A DNA stretch of 64,000 nt, from NCBI RefSeq assembly GCF_009914755.1, contig NC_060947.1; one strand, written 5' to 3'. The notes beneath the pieces are model-generated. The model was not told where the DNA came from, did not search any database, and was given only the letters and a program-made list of their open reading frames with translations. Position 1 is the first letter of the stretch. Each line of letters begins with the position of its first letter. Of the stretch, positions 44,690 through 63,284 are shown in pieces. A program made the translations under genes and the position numbers. Source of the stretch: the human T2T-CHM13v2.0 reference genome, Homo sapiens.

Positions 44690-46152
44690 TGTTTTCTCCC
44701 ATTTTGTAGGTTGCATTTTTACTTTCTTAATAGTGTCCTTTTGAAGTGCAAGTTTTGAAAAATTTGAGAAAGTCCATTTTACCTATTTTTTCTTTTGTTA
44801 CTTGCCCTTTTGTTGTCATATCTAAGAAACTGTTGCCAAATTTTAGGTCAAAAGATTTACTAATATGTTTTCTTCTAAAAGATTTATAGTTTCAGCTCTT
44901 ACATTTGAGTCTTTGATATATTTTGAGTTAATTTTATATATGGTGTAAGGCAGGTGTCCAAATTCATTCTTTTGCATATGGATATTCAGTTGTCCCAGAG
45001 CCGTTTGTTGAAAAGACTATTATTTCCCTCACTAAGTGGTCTCCAGACCCCGGTCATAATCAATTGACTGTAGATGAATGGGTTTATTTCTGGACTTTGA
45101 ATTCTACTCCATTGATCTATATGCCAGTGCCACAGTATTTTGATCATTACAATGAGCTGTAGCTCTAGCTTTGTAGTAAGTCTTGAAATCAGGAAATGTG
45201 AATCTTCTGACTTTATCCTTCTTGTTCAGAATTGTTTTGCTTATTCAGTGTCCCTTGAATTTCCCCAGGAATTTTAGAATCAGTTTGTCCATTTTACATT
45301 CCCACCAACAGTGTGCAAGGGGTTCAATTTCTTCATCTCCTAATCAACTGTTGTTGTCTATTTCTTTGATAATAGCCATTCTGACGGGAGTAAGGTGATA
45401 GCTCATTGTGGTTTTGAATTGCATTTCCCTTATGATTATTGATGCTGAGAATTTTCTTATATACCTGTTACCCATTTGTATGGGCTATGAAACATTTTGG
45501 AAAAATGAAGGTAAACAACTGTTTTTGAACATCTAGAGTTTAAGGCTTTAACAAAATCAGAAAATACTAGGAAAATAAGTCACTAGTACATCTTTTATTC
45601 CTTAGCCTATTTTTAAATCAGGTTATTAGGTTTTTTAACTATTGAGTTGTATGAGTTCTTTATATATTTTGAAGATTGACACCTTATTAGATATATGACA
45701 TACAAATATTTTATTCCATTCCATAGGATGCCTTTTCACCATGTTGATTGTTTTCTTTGCTGTGCAGAAGCTTTTTAGTTTGATGTAGTCCCATTTGTTT
45801 ATTTTGTTGCCAGTTGTTTTTGCTGTCACATCCAAGAAATTATAGTCAAGACTAATGTCATAAAGCTTTTCCTTGAGTTTTCTTCTAGTTTTATAATTTC
45901 AGGTCTTAATATTTAAGTAGTTAATCCATTTTGAATTGATTTTTGTGTATGGTATGAAATAAGGGTTCATTCTTATTTTTTTTTTTTTTGGCATGTGGAT
46001 ATCCCATTTTTCCAACAACATTTGTTGAAGAGACTATCATTTCCCCATTGTGTATTCTTGACACCCTTGTCAAAGATCAGTTGACCATATATACATGGAT
46101 TTATTTCTGGCCTCTCTATTGCGTTCTATTGGTCTATACATCTGTCATCTGT

Positions 46153-46460
46153 CTTTCTTTTTCTTTCTTTCTTTCTTCTTTTTTTTTTTTTTATTTTTGA
46201 GATAGGGTCTCACTCTGTCATCCAGACTGGTTGCAGTGGCATGATCATAGCTCACTGCAGCCTGGACCTCCAGGTATAAGTGATCCTCCCACATCAGCCT
46301 CCCAATTAGTACTATCATGCCCAGCTAATTTTTGTATTTTTGTAGAGACTGTGTTTTGCCATGTTGGCCAGGCTGGTCTCAAAATCCTGGGCTCAAGTGA
46401 TCTGTCCACCTTGGCCTCTCAAAGGGCTGGGATTACAGGTGTGAGCCACAGTGTCCAGCC
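46153..46460 (-). mobile_element. AluJ with a small internal deletion
   Basis: gatcatagctcactgcagcct; ctgggctcaagtgatc. Confidence 0.88.
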
Positions 46461-47752
46461 TATATATATGTCTTTATTCCAGTACTGTACTGGTTTGATT
46501 AATGTAGCTTTGAAATTTATTTTGAAATCAGGAAGTATGATGCTTCTAGCTTTGTTCCTTCTCAAATTTGTTTAACTATTCATAGTCATTTATGATTCAA
46601 TATGAATTGTGGAATTGTTTCTTCAATTTCTGTGAAAAATTTATTTGAGATGTATTAGGGATTGTATTGAATCTGTAGATTGCTTTGGGTAGTATGGACA
46701 TTTTAACAATATTAAGTTTTCCAATTCATGAACATAAGATGACTTTCTGACTGGAGGTTCCAACATGGCCAAATAGGAACAGTTCCAGTCTACAGCTCCC
46801 AGCGTGAGCGACGCAGAATTGGGTGATTTTTGCATTTCCAACTGAGGTACTGGGTTCATCTCACTGGGGCTTGTCGGACAGTGGGTGCAGCCCACAGAGC
46901 ATGAGCTGAAGCAGGGTGGGGCATCACTTCACCCGGGAAGTGCAAGGGGTAGGGGAATTCCCTTTCCTAGCAAAGGGAAGCCATGACAGATGGTACCTGG
47001 AAAATCGGGAAACTCCCACCCTAATACTGCGCTTTTACAACAGTCTTAGTGAACGGCATACCAGGAGATTATATTGTGCGCCTGGTTTGGAGGGTCCAAC
47101 GCCCACAGAGCCTCACTCACTGCTAGCACAGCAGTCTGAGATCGAACTGCAAGGCTGCAATGAGGCTGGGGGAGGGGCATCTGCCATTGCTGAGGCTTGA
47201 GGAGGTAAACAAAGTGGCCTGGAAGCTTCAACTAGGTGGAGTCCAAAGCAGCTCAAGGAGGCCTGCCTGCCTCTGTAGACTCCACCTCTGGGGGCAGGGC
47301 ATAGCTGAACAAAAGGCAGCAGAATCTGCAGACTTAAACATCCCTGACAGCTTTGAGGAGAGTAGTGGTTCTCCCAGCACGGAGTTTGAGATCTGAGAAC
47401 GGACAGACTGCCTCCTCAAGTGGGTCCCTGACCCCTGAGTAGCCTAACTGGGAGGTACCCTCCCAGTAGGGGCCGACTGACACCTCATATGGCTGGGTGC
47501 CCCTCTGAGAGGAAGCTTCTGGAGGAGTGATCAGGCAGCAACATTTGCCGTTCTGCAATATTTGTTTTTCGGCAGCCTCTGCTGGTGATACCCAGGCAAA
47601 CAGGGTCTGGAGTGGACCTCTAGCAAACTCCAACAGACCTGCAGCTGGTCCTGACTGTTAGAAGGGAAATTAATAAACAGAAAGGACATCCACACAAAAC
47701 CCCATCTGTACGTCACCATCATCAAAGACCAAAGGTAGATAAAACCACAAAG

Positions 47753-48776
47753 ATGGGGAGAAACCAAAGCAGAAAAGTGGAAAATTCTAAAAATCAGAGC
47801 ACCTCTTCTTCTCTAAAGGAACGCAGCTCCTCACCAGCCATGGAACAAAGCTGTACAGAGAATGACTTTGACAAGTTGAGAGAAGAAGGCTTCAGACGAT
47901 CGGTAACAACAAACTTCTCCAAGCTAAAGGAGGATGTTCGAACCCATTGCAAAGAAGCTAAAAACCTTGAAAAAAGATTAGACAAATGTCTAACTACAAT
48001 AAACAATGTAGAGAAGACCTTAAATGACCTAATGGAGCTGAAAACCACGGCATGAGAACTACGTGACGCATGCACAAGCTTCAGTAGCTGATTCGATCAA
48101 GTGGAAGAAACGGTATCAGTGATTGAAGATCAAATGAATGGAATGAAGCGAGAAGAGAAGTTTAGAGAAAAAAGAGTAAAACAAAATGAACAAAGCCTCC
48201 AAGAAATATGGTACTATGTCAAAAGACCAAATCTACGTCTGACTGGTGTTCCTGAAAGTGACAGGGGGAATGGAACCAAGTTGGAAAACACTCTGCAGGA
48301 TATTATCCAGGAGAACTTCCCAAACCTAGCAAGGCAGACCAACATTAAAATTCAGGAAATACAGAGAACGCCACAAAGATATTCCTCGAGAAGAGCAACT
48401 CCAAGACACATAACTGTCAGATTCACCAAAGTTGAAATGAAGGAAAAAATATTAAGGTCAGCGAGATAGAAAGGTCGGGTTACTACAAAGGGAAGCCCAT
48501 CGACCAACAGCAGATCTCTCAGCAGAAGTTCTACAAGCCAGAAGAGAATGGGGGCCAATATTCAACATTCTTAAAGAAAAGAATTTTCAACCCAGAATTT
48601 CATATCCAGCCAAACTAAGCTTCATAAGTGAAGGAGAAATAAAATCCTTTATAGACAAGCAAGTGCTGAGGGCTTTTGTAACCACCAGGCCTCCCTTAGA
48701 AGAGCTCCTGAAGGAAGGAATAAACATGGAAAGGAACAACCGGTGCCAGCCACTGCAAAAACATGCCAAATTGTAA
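47753..48776 (+). pseudogene. L1 ORF1p remnant, disrupted
   Basis: MGRNQSRK...; YVKRPNLRL; IIQENFPNLARQ; premature stops at 48055 and 48469. Confidence 0.93.
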
Positions 48777-48839
48777 AGACCATTGATGCTAGGAAAAAAC
48801 TGCATCAACTAATGAGCAATATAAGCAGCTAACATCATA

Positions 48840-52661
<3,822 letters not shown>

Positions 52662-55514
52662 ACAATGAGAACACTTAGACACAGGGTGGAGAACATCACA
52701 CCCTGGGGCATGTCGTGGGGTCGGAAGAGGGGGGAAGGATAGCATTAGGAGATATACCTAATGTAAATGACGAGTTGATGGGTGCAGCACACCAACATGG
52801 CACATGTATACATATGTAACAAACCTGTACGTTGTTCACGTGTACCCTAGAACTTAAAGTATAATTAAAATAAATAAATAAATAAAAATAAAAAATAAAA
52901 AAAGATGTCTCTCCCTTTATTTCTGTCTTCTTTAATTTCTTTCATGAAAGTTTTGTAGTTTTATGTGTACAAGCCTTTCATTACATTAGTTTAATCCTAA
53001 ATATGTTATTCTTTTTGCTGCTATTGTAAATGGGACTGCCTTTCTAATTTCCTTGTTAGAGAGTGTGTTGTTAGTGTATAAAAACACAACTGATTTTTGT
53101 ATGTTGGTTTTGTATCCTGCAACTTTACTGAATTTGTTTATTAGTTTTAACAGATTTTTTAATGGAGTATAGAATTTTCTATGTATAAGATCATGTAGTC
53201 TTCAAACAGGGACAATATTATTTCTTTCATTCTGATTTGGATGTGTTTTACTCACTTACTTTCCTTGCCTGATTGCTTTGGCTAGGACTTCCAATAAAAG
53301 TGGTAAGAGTGAGCACCCTTGTCTTATTTGAATTTAAGAAGTAAAGCTTTCAGTTTGAGCTACTCTTCCAAGCATCAGTTACACAGATAAACTAAGGACA
53401 GTTGTGAATAAAGCCTATGCTGCTCCCCCTTCTACTAGTACTGGGAATGTCAGCAGAGGAATGTCAACTTTTCAAGACTGAGCTGGGGATCATGACATGT
53501 GGTATTAAAATGCCATGAATCTCACTGTTCTTATTGAGATTCAGAGTTTTTTGTTGAATAAGTGCTCTTTGGGTTGCTGCAGGCTTTTGGTTAGTTTCCA
53601 GAGTTCTTAAAAGCTTTACTCTGCCAAGTTCTCCCAGTTATTAAGTAATTGTTATAGTGGAGCAAGCTTTGTAGTTCCTTTTCCCTACATCTTCACTGGT
53701 ATCACACTTTTTAATTTTTCATACTATAATCGATGCAAGACGTTAGAGTCACATCTTACTTAGAACTAGTTCAAATATCTTCCCATGGAGCCTTTCCCAT
53801 GTAAACTGACCTAGCCTAAACAGAGTTTACTTTAGCCATAAAGTTCAGTCATTTAGATATCCCTTAAAGACTTACTATTCTGCTGGCAGCCCCCAGACTA
53901 TGACTGATCATGACAAGGATCTGATCATTTCCTTCCAACATGAGACTTTTCTAATGTATCCATTCCTCCAAAAGAGGGTTAATGCTGGAATGTAATATAA
54001 ATAAGATTGGCTAAGAAGGACAAGCCAACATTACGGATATCTCACAAGCTAGACAGAAGTCTAGGCTTACTATGTAGGCAATAGCAGGTTATTGCAAACT
54101 TTAAGTTTTATAATATAATTCTTTTTATAATACAATAAAAATTGCCCTTATGGCTACTATGGGGGTGTGTTTTCTGGATCTCCCTTCAAGAAAGAACCTG
54201 TCACTCAGCTATAAACAATGTATTTATCTGACAGCCTCCACCAATTTGCTTAAACCAATTTGCTCAAAGACAGCAAATGTCTTTCTCATAGTCACACAAA
54301 AAGCTAGTTGCCAAGCAATGGTTGAAACCAAAGTCCTCCTGATTTCACAGAGCTCCCCCTTTCTATTTGTGTGGTAACCATACTGGATGTCTCATTGATT
54401 CTAGAGTATTCCTGTTATCAAGAAGCTTAATCCAACAAAGTGCCTCCATCTATAATTCTTTGCCCTTCTCAATGAGGTAACATGCAGCTCAACAGAAAAT
54501 TTTCTTTCTATCTGCAGAGATGATCCTTGATACGTGATGAAGTGAAAATCAACTAGAGGTTACATAATTTAGATTATCCAACTCCGAAGCAAGAGAAGAC
54601 CTCAAGCAACATTATTTGATTATGGAATTTTGCTGTTGTAGAGAAGTAATCAAATTAATCTTAGAGGTTCATTTATGGGTGTGACATGCTCATTTCATCA
54701 TACTGAAACTCCTCAACAATTTTCAGTACAAAATGTACTGGTGACTTCTTTTCCTAGTATTTTCTGATTTTATTAAAACCTTAAACTCTAAATGTTAGAA
54801 AATAGTTATTTACCTTGAATTTTCCAAAATGTTTCAGAGTCAGGCTTTCTGGCTTTAATGTTGATTTCTAATGATATAGGTGAGCTCCTAAAAGGACAGC
54901 AAACTTATTGTTTCTATAGAAAAAAAAATATACCAGGTGCAATAGAATCGGGTGCAGTTGGATCTGCTTTTTCCAAAGTGCCAGGTTTAATCATAATTGT
55001 ATCTTTTGGCAACTCAGTGGCTGGCATTTTTCCCTTAGTCATTATGTAACTCATGTTCCTACAAGGTATCAGGGAATACAAGGCTTTGTGAAGTGCCATG
55101 CTATTGACCAATTCTGGCTGCAGCAAATCGTATGACAAATGAAAGGATTTAGCTTGACTCCTCTGTTCTCTTGTCATCCTCTTTTGATTGTTGCCTCTGA
55201 GGATGGTCCTTTGGTTTGAAATTGGCACTACCTTGAACTGGTGGGACTCAGGCACTTCAGCAGAGTGAGATAGGCAGAGATTGGTAATGGCTATAGCTAA
55301 TTAGGGTTATAAAATGTTGGAAAGACTCTAGAGATTTTATTTTTACATCCAATTTTTGTGGGTAAATGCCTGTTCCTGGGGAAGTATAGGCTGGTACATG
55401 TCCCTGTCTTAAACTTTCTTATAGCAGAATCAGGTTTAAATTAATTTCAAGGATATCTCACTAGGGGAGACTGTGTTTGCATATTGGTGGTGGTAAGGCA
55501 TTGCCAAAGCAATG

Positions 55515-55940
55515 CTCATTCATTTATTAAGCACACACTGTGTATCACATACTGGGCCAGACAATGAGATTATAATACTAAATAAGACAGTGAAAGGTCC
55601 TTGACTTCAGAGAAGTTATGATCTAATGGGAAATAGAAACAGATACACGTATAATATTTATAAACTGTACGGAGATGGATTCTATGGAACTGCCTAGAAA
55701 AGGAATCTAACATGGATTTGGGAGTAATGAAAGACTTCTTAGAGGAAGTGATATCTAAGTTAAGACCCAAAGAAGGTGAGAAGTGAAGGAGGACAGAGTT
55801 TGTGCTCAGTAGTGAGGATGGCATCTGCAAACAGATTAAGAGAGTAAAAATCATGAAAGAAAGATCCATTCAATTAAGGAGAGAAGTCATCATAGATGGA
55901 GCATGACATGTAACGTAAGGAGTGATAAAGCTCTGAGGGC
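55515..55940 (-). mobile_element. L2 3' fragment
   Basis: ctcattcatttattaagcac; gaaagacttcttagaggaagtgatatct. Confidence 0.7.
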
Positions 55941-56449
55941 TGGCTATTACTCTGAAGAAGAGAGTTAGGACTTTAGCATCAAAACGTGTATAGGTCTATT
56001 TCAATGGCACTCTATTCATTAGTATTCATCATATGTGAAACTCTGCACTAGGCACTCTGGGAGTCAGAGCTTTTATTATTATAGCACATATTTATTGAGT
56101 ATTTAACTCTATGAAGTAGATACTATTGTTATCCTCATTTTGCATATGAAAATACTGTTGAATAAATGGGAGAAAAATGTAAGCAGTATGTAGCATGGAC
56201 ACTCATAAGAAGAAAGGATCATGGGACTCGAGCTCTCAAAAAGACAGAAAACCTTGAGATACAGGAAACGATTGCAAAGGAGAGGTCAGAATTAGATTTT
56301 TCATCAGCAACTATGGGCTTAGATAGACACTGCCCCTAAAGGAGTGACTAAGCGTGAAGAAGGGCAGATACCGATGATAGAAACTTAGAAGATGCTCATG
56401 GTCTGCTAGAGTGAAAAGGAGAAACCATCAAATGAGACCAAGAAGGAAA

Positions 56450-56700
56450 TTCTTCTCTTCTCCCCGAAGCAAGTCAAAGTAACCAGAATTTTTCTTCCCC
56501 AAGGCAGGCTGTAGAAACTAGAACTCTTTTCTTCCAAAGCAAGTCTTAAAACTTAGAAAGGTCAGTATCTCCCTTTTCCCTTCTCTCTTCTCCCTTGAGG
56601 ACCCTTATTCCAGAGGGGTCTTGTCCCACACCTGGGAGGAAGGAATGCTACACAGATAGAACAAGAAAAATCAAAACAAACAGAGCTTGATGGGTTCCTG
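56450..56700 (+). mobile_element. ERV1 LTR fragment (MER39/MER34-like)
   Basis: ccttattccagaggggtcttgtcccacacctgggaggaaggaatgctacacaga. Confidence 0.55.
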
Positions 56701-57292
56701 GAATCTAGAAGGGATGAGTTTCACAGAATGTGTGAAGGATTGTGTCAACTAAAACTGAAGGAGGAAGTTACTGTGACCTCTGACAATACAGTTTTACTTT
56801 TTCTTCTAAATATACTATGTAACAAAGCAAATGTTGATAGTTTTCTTGCTAATATGAAAACTGAGATGCAGAAACATGATGTGTTGACAGGAATTGAAGA
56901 CACGTTTTTGCTGTAGTTAAATCCTAAAAGTGTGTCAACATTTTCATAGCCAGATTTTTCAGTGCATCACCAGATCACTTCTTTGCAAAAGTACTTGATG
57001 TTTTAAAAATAAAATTATCAATTTATTTCATAAGATGACTGCTCTAACAATGCCTTCATCCTCCTCAAGAAGAGCTTGTCTTTGCTACAAAACCTGTAGC
57101 CCAATGGCATAAGATTAAGATTCATGAAATGCTTCAATTAAAGCCAAATGTGTAACTACTTGATAAGTGCTTCTGTTAAGATTAGAACCCAGGTATCCAT
57201 AGTTCTAAACTGTGCTTTTTCTTCTGGGGTGTCTCTTAATATAAAACAAATTAAGAAGGAATTGACCATTGAGCTGAATGAATCCTGGCCTT

Positions 57293-57854
57293 TGTATTAA
57301 TCAGGGTTCTCTAGAGGGACAGAACTAATAGGATAGATGTATATATGAAAGGGAGTTTATTAAGGAGAATTGACTGACATGATCACAAGGTAAAGTCCCA
57401 TGATAGACTGTCTGCTGCAAGTTGAGGAGCAAGGAAGCCAGTGGTGGATCAGTCCAAGTCCCAAAACCTCAAAAGGAGGAAAGCGACAATGCAGCCTTCA
57501 GTCTGAGGCCAAAGGCCTGAGAGCCCCTGGCAAACCACTGGTGTAAGTCCAAGAGTCCAAAAGCTGAAGAACTTGGAATCTGATGTTTGAGGGCTGGAAG
57601 CATCCAGCAAGGGAGAAAGATGAAGGCCAGAAGACTCAGCAAGTCTACTCTTCCATCTTCTCCTGCCTGCTTTATTCTAGCCATACTGGCAGCTGATTAG
57701 ATAGTGCCCACCCAGATTGAAGTTATGTCTGTCTCCCCCAGTCCACTGACTCAAATGTTAATCTCCTTTGGCATCATGCTCACAGACACACCCAGAAACA
57801 ATATTTTGCATTCTTCAATGCGATCAAGTTGATACTCAATGTTAACCCATTACA
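57293..57854 (-). mobile_element. MLT2A2-like LTR (3' LTR of HERV-L)
   Basis: TGTATTAATCAGGGTTCTCTAGAGGGACAGAAC...CAAGTTGATACTCAATGTTAACCCATTACA; abuts polypurine tract (minus strand aaggggtggact). Confidence 0.92.
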
Positions 57855-58575
<721 letters not shown>

Positions 58576-59053
58576 TTTAAACATAATTTCTAATTCCAAA
58601 CTATATCTTTGTGAATGAATAAAACTGAAGGTTTTTTAAGAGCAACCTACTCAGCTCTTGAAAGTTTTGCTGCTTAGAAATTTCTTCGGCCAGATACCCT
58701 AAATCATCTCTCTCAAGTTCGAAGATCCACAGATCTCTAGGGCAGGGGAAAAATGCCACAAGTCTCTTTGCTAAAGCATAGTAAGACTCATCTTTGCTCC
58801 AGTTCCCAATAAGCTCCACATTTACATCTGAGACCACCTCAGCCTGGACTTCATTGTCCATATCACTATCAGCATTTTGGTCAAAAGCATTCAACAAGTC
58901 TCTTGTGGGAAGCTCTAAACCTTTCCACATCTTCCTGTCATCCCCTGAGTCCTCCAAACTGTTCCAATCTCTGCGTGTTACCCAGTTCCAAAGTTGCTTC
59001 CACATTTTGGGGTATCTTAATAGCAGTACCCCACTCTACTGGTACCAACTTAA
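58576..59053 (-). mobile_element. THE1 (MaLR) internal 5' end; contains the 134-aa ORF 58601-59005, a remnant of the MaLR internal ORF
   Basis: Minus strand begins t-aagttggtaccagtagagtgggg; translation WNSLEDS..DRKMW..LELP.RDLLN. Confidence 0.88.
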
Positions 59054-59431
59054 TGTATTTTCATACTGATAGGAGTCCATTTTCATACTGCTATAAAGAA
59101 ATACCCAAGACTGGGTAATTTATAAAGAAAAAGAGCTTTAATGGACTCACAGTTTCACATGGCTGGGGCGGCCTCACAATCATGGTGGAAGGTGAAGGAG
59201 AAGCAAAGACACATCTTGCATGACAGTGGGCAAGAGAGAGTGTGTAGGGGAACTCCCCTCTATAAAACCATCAGATCTCATGAGACTTTTTCACTATCAC
59301 GAGAACAGAAAGGGAAAAATCCATCCCTATGATTCAATTACCACCCACCAGGTCCCTCCCATGACACATGGAGATTATGGGAGCTACAATTCAAGATGAG
59401 ATTTGGATGGGTTCACAGCAAAACCATACTA
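59054..59431 (-). mobile_element. THE1C-like LTR (5' LTR)
   Basis: tgtatt..agtccattttcatactgct...gctacaattcaagatgagatttgg...aaaccatacta. Confidence 0.92.
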
Positions 59432-60391
59432 GCCTTCATTCTTTTCCAAATGGTTGATGTGGTATTTGGACTTTTGAGGGACTATGAAGTTTTAGTAAGC
59501 AATTCCTAACTTATCACGAACCAGGTTTCTTAAACCAATGACCTTTGATGTCACATACCTAAAATACAGAAAGATAGAATGAGAATATTGTCTTCCAAAT
59601 TTGCTTCTTTAGCTTGATAAGCTATAACTTGCAAGTTGAGAAGTGATACATTACTTAAAAACATTTATAAAATATGATATGTAAACATTTCTGCATAATT
59701 TTAATGGCTGTACCCCTACACACAAACCTATTTGAACCCAGTCAATACCTTTGCAGGGGTGAAGGGAATGTACATTATTTCAACAAACTAAAATAATAAA
59801 ATTCTTATTTTCTGATACTTCTGTTTCATGTAGGCACAATATGATAAATAGATTTTCAGTGCAAGGAAAGTTAAAGACACAGAATAGATGGAAATAAAGG
59901 AAGGCTAGAAGAATAAAAGGAAACAGAGAAGGTTGAGGCATTTTCTTGGTCTGTCTGACCTTCTACTTAGGTGGTCACTGGAAAAGGTCAAGTATTTTTC
60001 TCTAGATGAAAGTGAATCTGATTTAAATGGGAATATTGGATTTTTCAGATCACTGCAGAATGGCAATCATGCTATTTAAATGATTCATTTCTTTTGTTGA
60101 CTTCACTTTGTCTTCTAATCTTTATATACCTGAAAAGCAGAAGAAAGCTCCCAAGTAATAAAAGGAACTTCAAACACACCTAAGCCCTGTTCGTTTTTCT
60201 CTATCAGCTATAAACTTCACATTAACCCTAGCTGGCCAGCTCTCAAAAATGCTTTACCTTTTATAAGGAAGATTTGCAGGAAAGGAAAAATGTCTAGGTC
60301 TACTCTCTAGGTTTCCACTTACATGGAAAAAAAATGCAGAGGAGTCATTGTTTATAGAGGGGGCCCACAAGAGGAGTTAAGAAAAGGAGGC

Positions 60392-60820
60392 TGTAATAGC
60401 TGTTTGGTGTGCTCCCAGATTCTCACATCAGGAATGAAGCACTCATTCCACTAACTGGAGTGTTGGCTGCCAAGCTGAGTTTTTACCTAGGAATCACTCC
60501 ATCAGCCAAAGGAAACTGCTATGTTCAACATTAAGCTTTCTCCCCAGGGGTAGCCGACATCCAATGGCTGGAAATATGGGAGTACAAAGCCTGGACCCCT
60601 TATGTTGGTTCAGTACAACTCAAAAGGGCCATCTTACCTCCAGAACTCACCCATAGGACCAGCTAAGGCCTTTGTTGCAGCTGCATATCAGTAGAACCTC
60701 TCTGCCAAAACTCACTTCTCCCATTCCTTTACCATACTAGTCCTGACAGCATTGCTCAAGAAAACTCCTGCACACAAATTTCATTTCAAAGTCTGTTTCT
60801 TCAGGAACTTGGTGTAAGAC
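60392..60820 (+). mobile_element. LTR16-like ERVL solo LTR
   Basis: TGTA...caggaatgaagcactcattcc...ctcctgcacacaaatttcatttcaaagtctgtttct...aagACA. Confidence 0.75.
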
Positions 60821-63284
60821 AGAGGGAAAAGTAGAGATGTTGTTATCTAGCAGTATAGGAAGAGCTCCAAGGAGCTGGATGTTTCTTCTTTTTTCTGGGT
60901 TAGTGACAAAATACCATACTCCTGGCATACCACTTTCAGTCCAGGAATTGCTGAGTTTATCAGTACAGAGTGAACTTCTGATCTATTTATATTTTGCCAC
61001 ATTTAATATGACTCCATTGGGATAAATAAAATACCCTCTGATATTTTGACTGAATTGACTATTTAATTCAGTTAAGATGGTAAACTCACTCAACTGTATA
61101 GATAACAGCCCAAGAAAAGTTAATAAAATCAGACTGGGGAATTTAAGAATAATGAGTAAAGACTTATGTGATGCATAAATCTGAAAATTTTTTTTTCAGT
61201 AGAGTGGGTTATAAAATAAAAGGCTGATATACAGAGAAAAGAAATATATTAGTGGAAGTGCTAAGATACGCATTATTGAGTAGTACATAAGTTATTATCC
61301 TTGCACTTTCAAGTGATCTGCAATGACCAATAAGGGACAGGAATGTTTTGTGCCTCAGTCTGATCATTTTTAATACAAGGCTTTTGACAAGTTCAGTGAG
61401 GTTCAACCTTCTCACAACCAAGGTCTCTTTTTAAAACATTACCTATCCCCACCCTTGGAATACCATGGACTTCACAATTTAAAATATTAAACCCATTCTG
61501 CAAACTTCTTTTTACTAAACAGTAATTTTTTTTTACATTTAAGTGGCTAAACATACATGAGTCTGTCAATCAGAGCTTCTGATGAATATGAGGTAGCCAG
61601 ATAAAGCACACAAATCTCATAAAAACTCCAGCCCAATGCAATGATACTTAATATTCTACTTAGCCTGTGTAGCTTTATTTTGAGAAACTAGGACTTCCAA
61701 TTTGAAACAGTTCCAAATGCCTTAATATAAGGCTTAGAAAACCTATAGAAACCTTAGAACCTCAGGTTGGAAATCGCTAGACTATTTTACCTTGAAAGTA
61801 TCTCTCAAGTCTAACATTTTATGTTTTATGACGTTTCTTCGTGTCTCCTTTTAGCAATTCATTTTAATGCATTTTTGTTCAATCATAAAGAGTTTCACTG
61901 GATTCTGAACCCTTATAAATCTAAGAAGTAATTTCCTTTTCAATTGGTTATATATAACACTTCGGTATAATCTTAAAAATAGTCTAATCAGAGGTGAGAA
62001 TCAGAAGTTTATTATGACAATCTACAAGATAGGTGGTATCAAAGAAGTCACAAAGACCTCTACCTCTTGTCATAACTCACGTGGTAAATCCACAGTGCCC
62101 CAGAAACCTAGGATCCATTATTTGAGAAACATAACTAACAAATTCCAACGGGTGAATCCTGCCAACAAAGCTAATTCTTTGCATGTACAAGTAAATCAGC
62201 CATCTGAATTTTATCTGCAAGTTCACTTGATTTCATAGGTTTCTATTTACAAACGAACAAAGGAATGTCATCTATCATCCATCAGGGTCAACATACATTT
62301 TGTACACACGTGACAAATATTTGGCCCTGCTCTAATGGGAAAGTGACGGGATAGATCATCTGTGCTTATTGGCAGGACTGGTAAAATTTACTGGCAGCAG
62401 GAAGAATTCCTAACCAATATGCAAAGTATCTCCATTTATGGACAAGATGGCTTTATCAAGCAGTAGCAGGGAGGACTGGCTAAGAGGAAAGCCAAAGCCT
62501 CCTTTTAAGCTGCCTAACTCCACGCTACAAATCTCAGTCAGTGTGAAAATTAAAATCATATTTGATTTAAATAACATTCGATTTCGGTGTAGGAAGAGTG
62601 GGAACACCCTACATGTTGAAATAATGAGAGGACACATTAATTACTATCTTTTGAAGAATGACTGGGGGTACTGAAGGACTGAAGAAGAGTTTCTTTGACT
62701 ACTTTAAACACTCTTCTAAAGCAATAAAACATGCATAATATTAAAATACAGCAAATTTACGTTTCTGTAATTCTTGTTTACCTGTCTTCTTCAAATGCTA
62801 ATGAGCAAGGATTATTCAGTTTACAAATGCATCCAAGGCCATGTTCAAAGACCAGTGGAGTCAGATCACATATGCAGAGCTCTGCCATTTTGGAAGTCAC
62901 TGGACGTTAATGCCCTGCCTGTTAATGGTTTTGCTCCTATGCAGAGGTGGTGCAGAATACCTTTGGTGACTTTATAAGCAGCACTTCTGTTAAGTTCCTT
63001 CCTGTCTAGGTGCTTTAGCTTTCTGGGAGACCATCACTGTCATTTGAAGTCTATGAATTTAGTAATCTATAGATTTAGGGTGAGTTACAGCTAATAGAAC
63101 TGTGATTCCCTGTGCTTGAAAAACATCCAGGTCGCTTCTTTACTTATTTATGTGACTTTTGAGGGAGGGTGACCGTCTTTATTTTGTTATCAGGTTCAGT
63201 TAGACAGAATCTCAAAGGCATTAAGGACCAGACACCTTTTTTATTATCTCAGAATTTCAGCAGAGGGAGGGGCGACAACTGTGG

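Noticed and set aside
54914-55255. 113-aa minus-strand ORF in unique DNA
   Set aside because: Non-ATG start, no recognisable protein motif, and a length compatible with chance.
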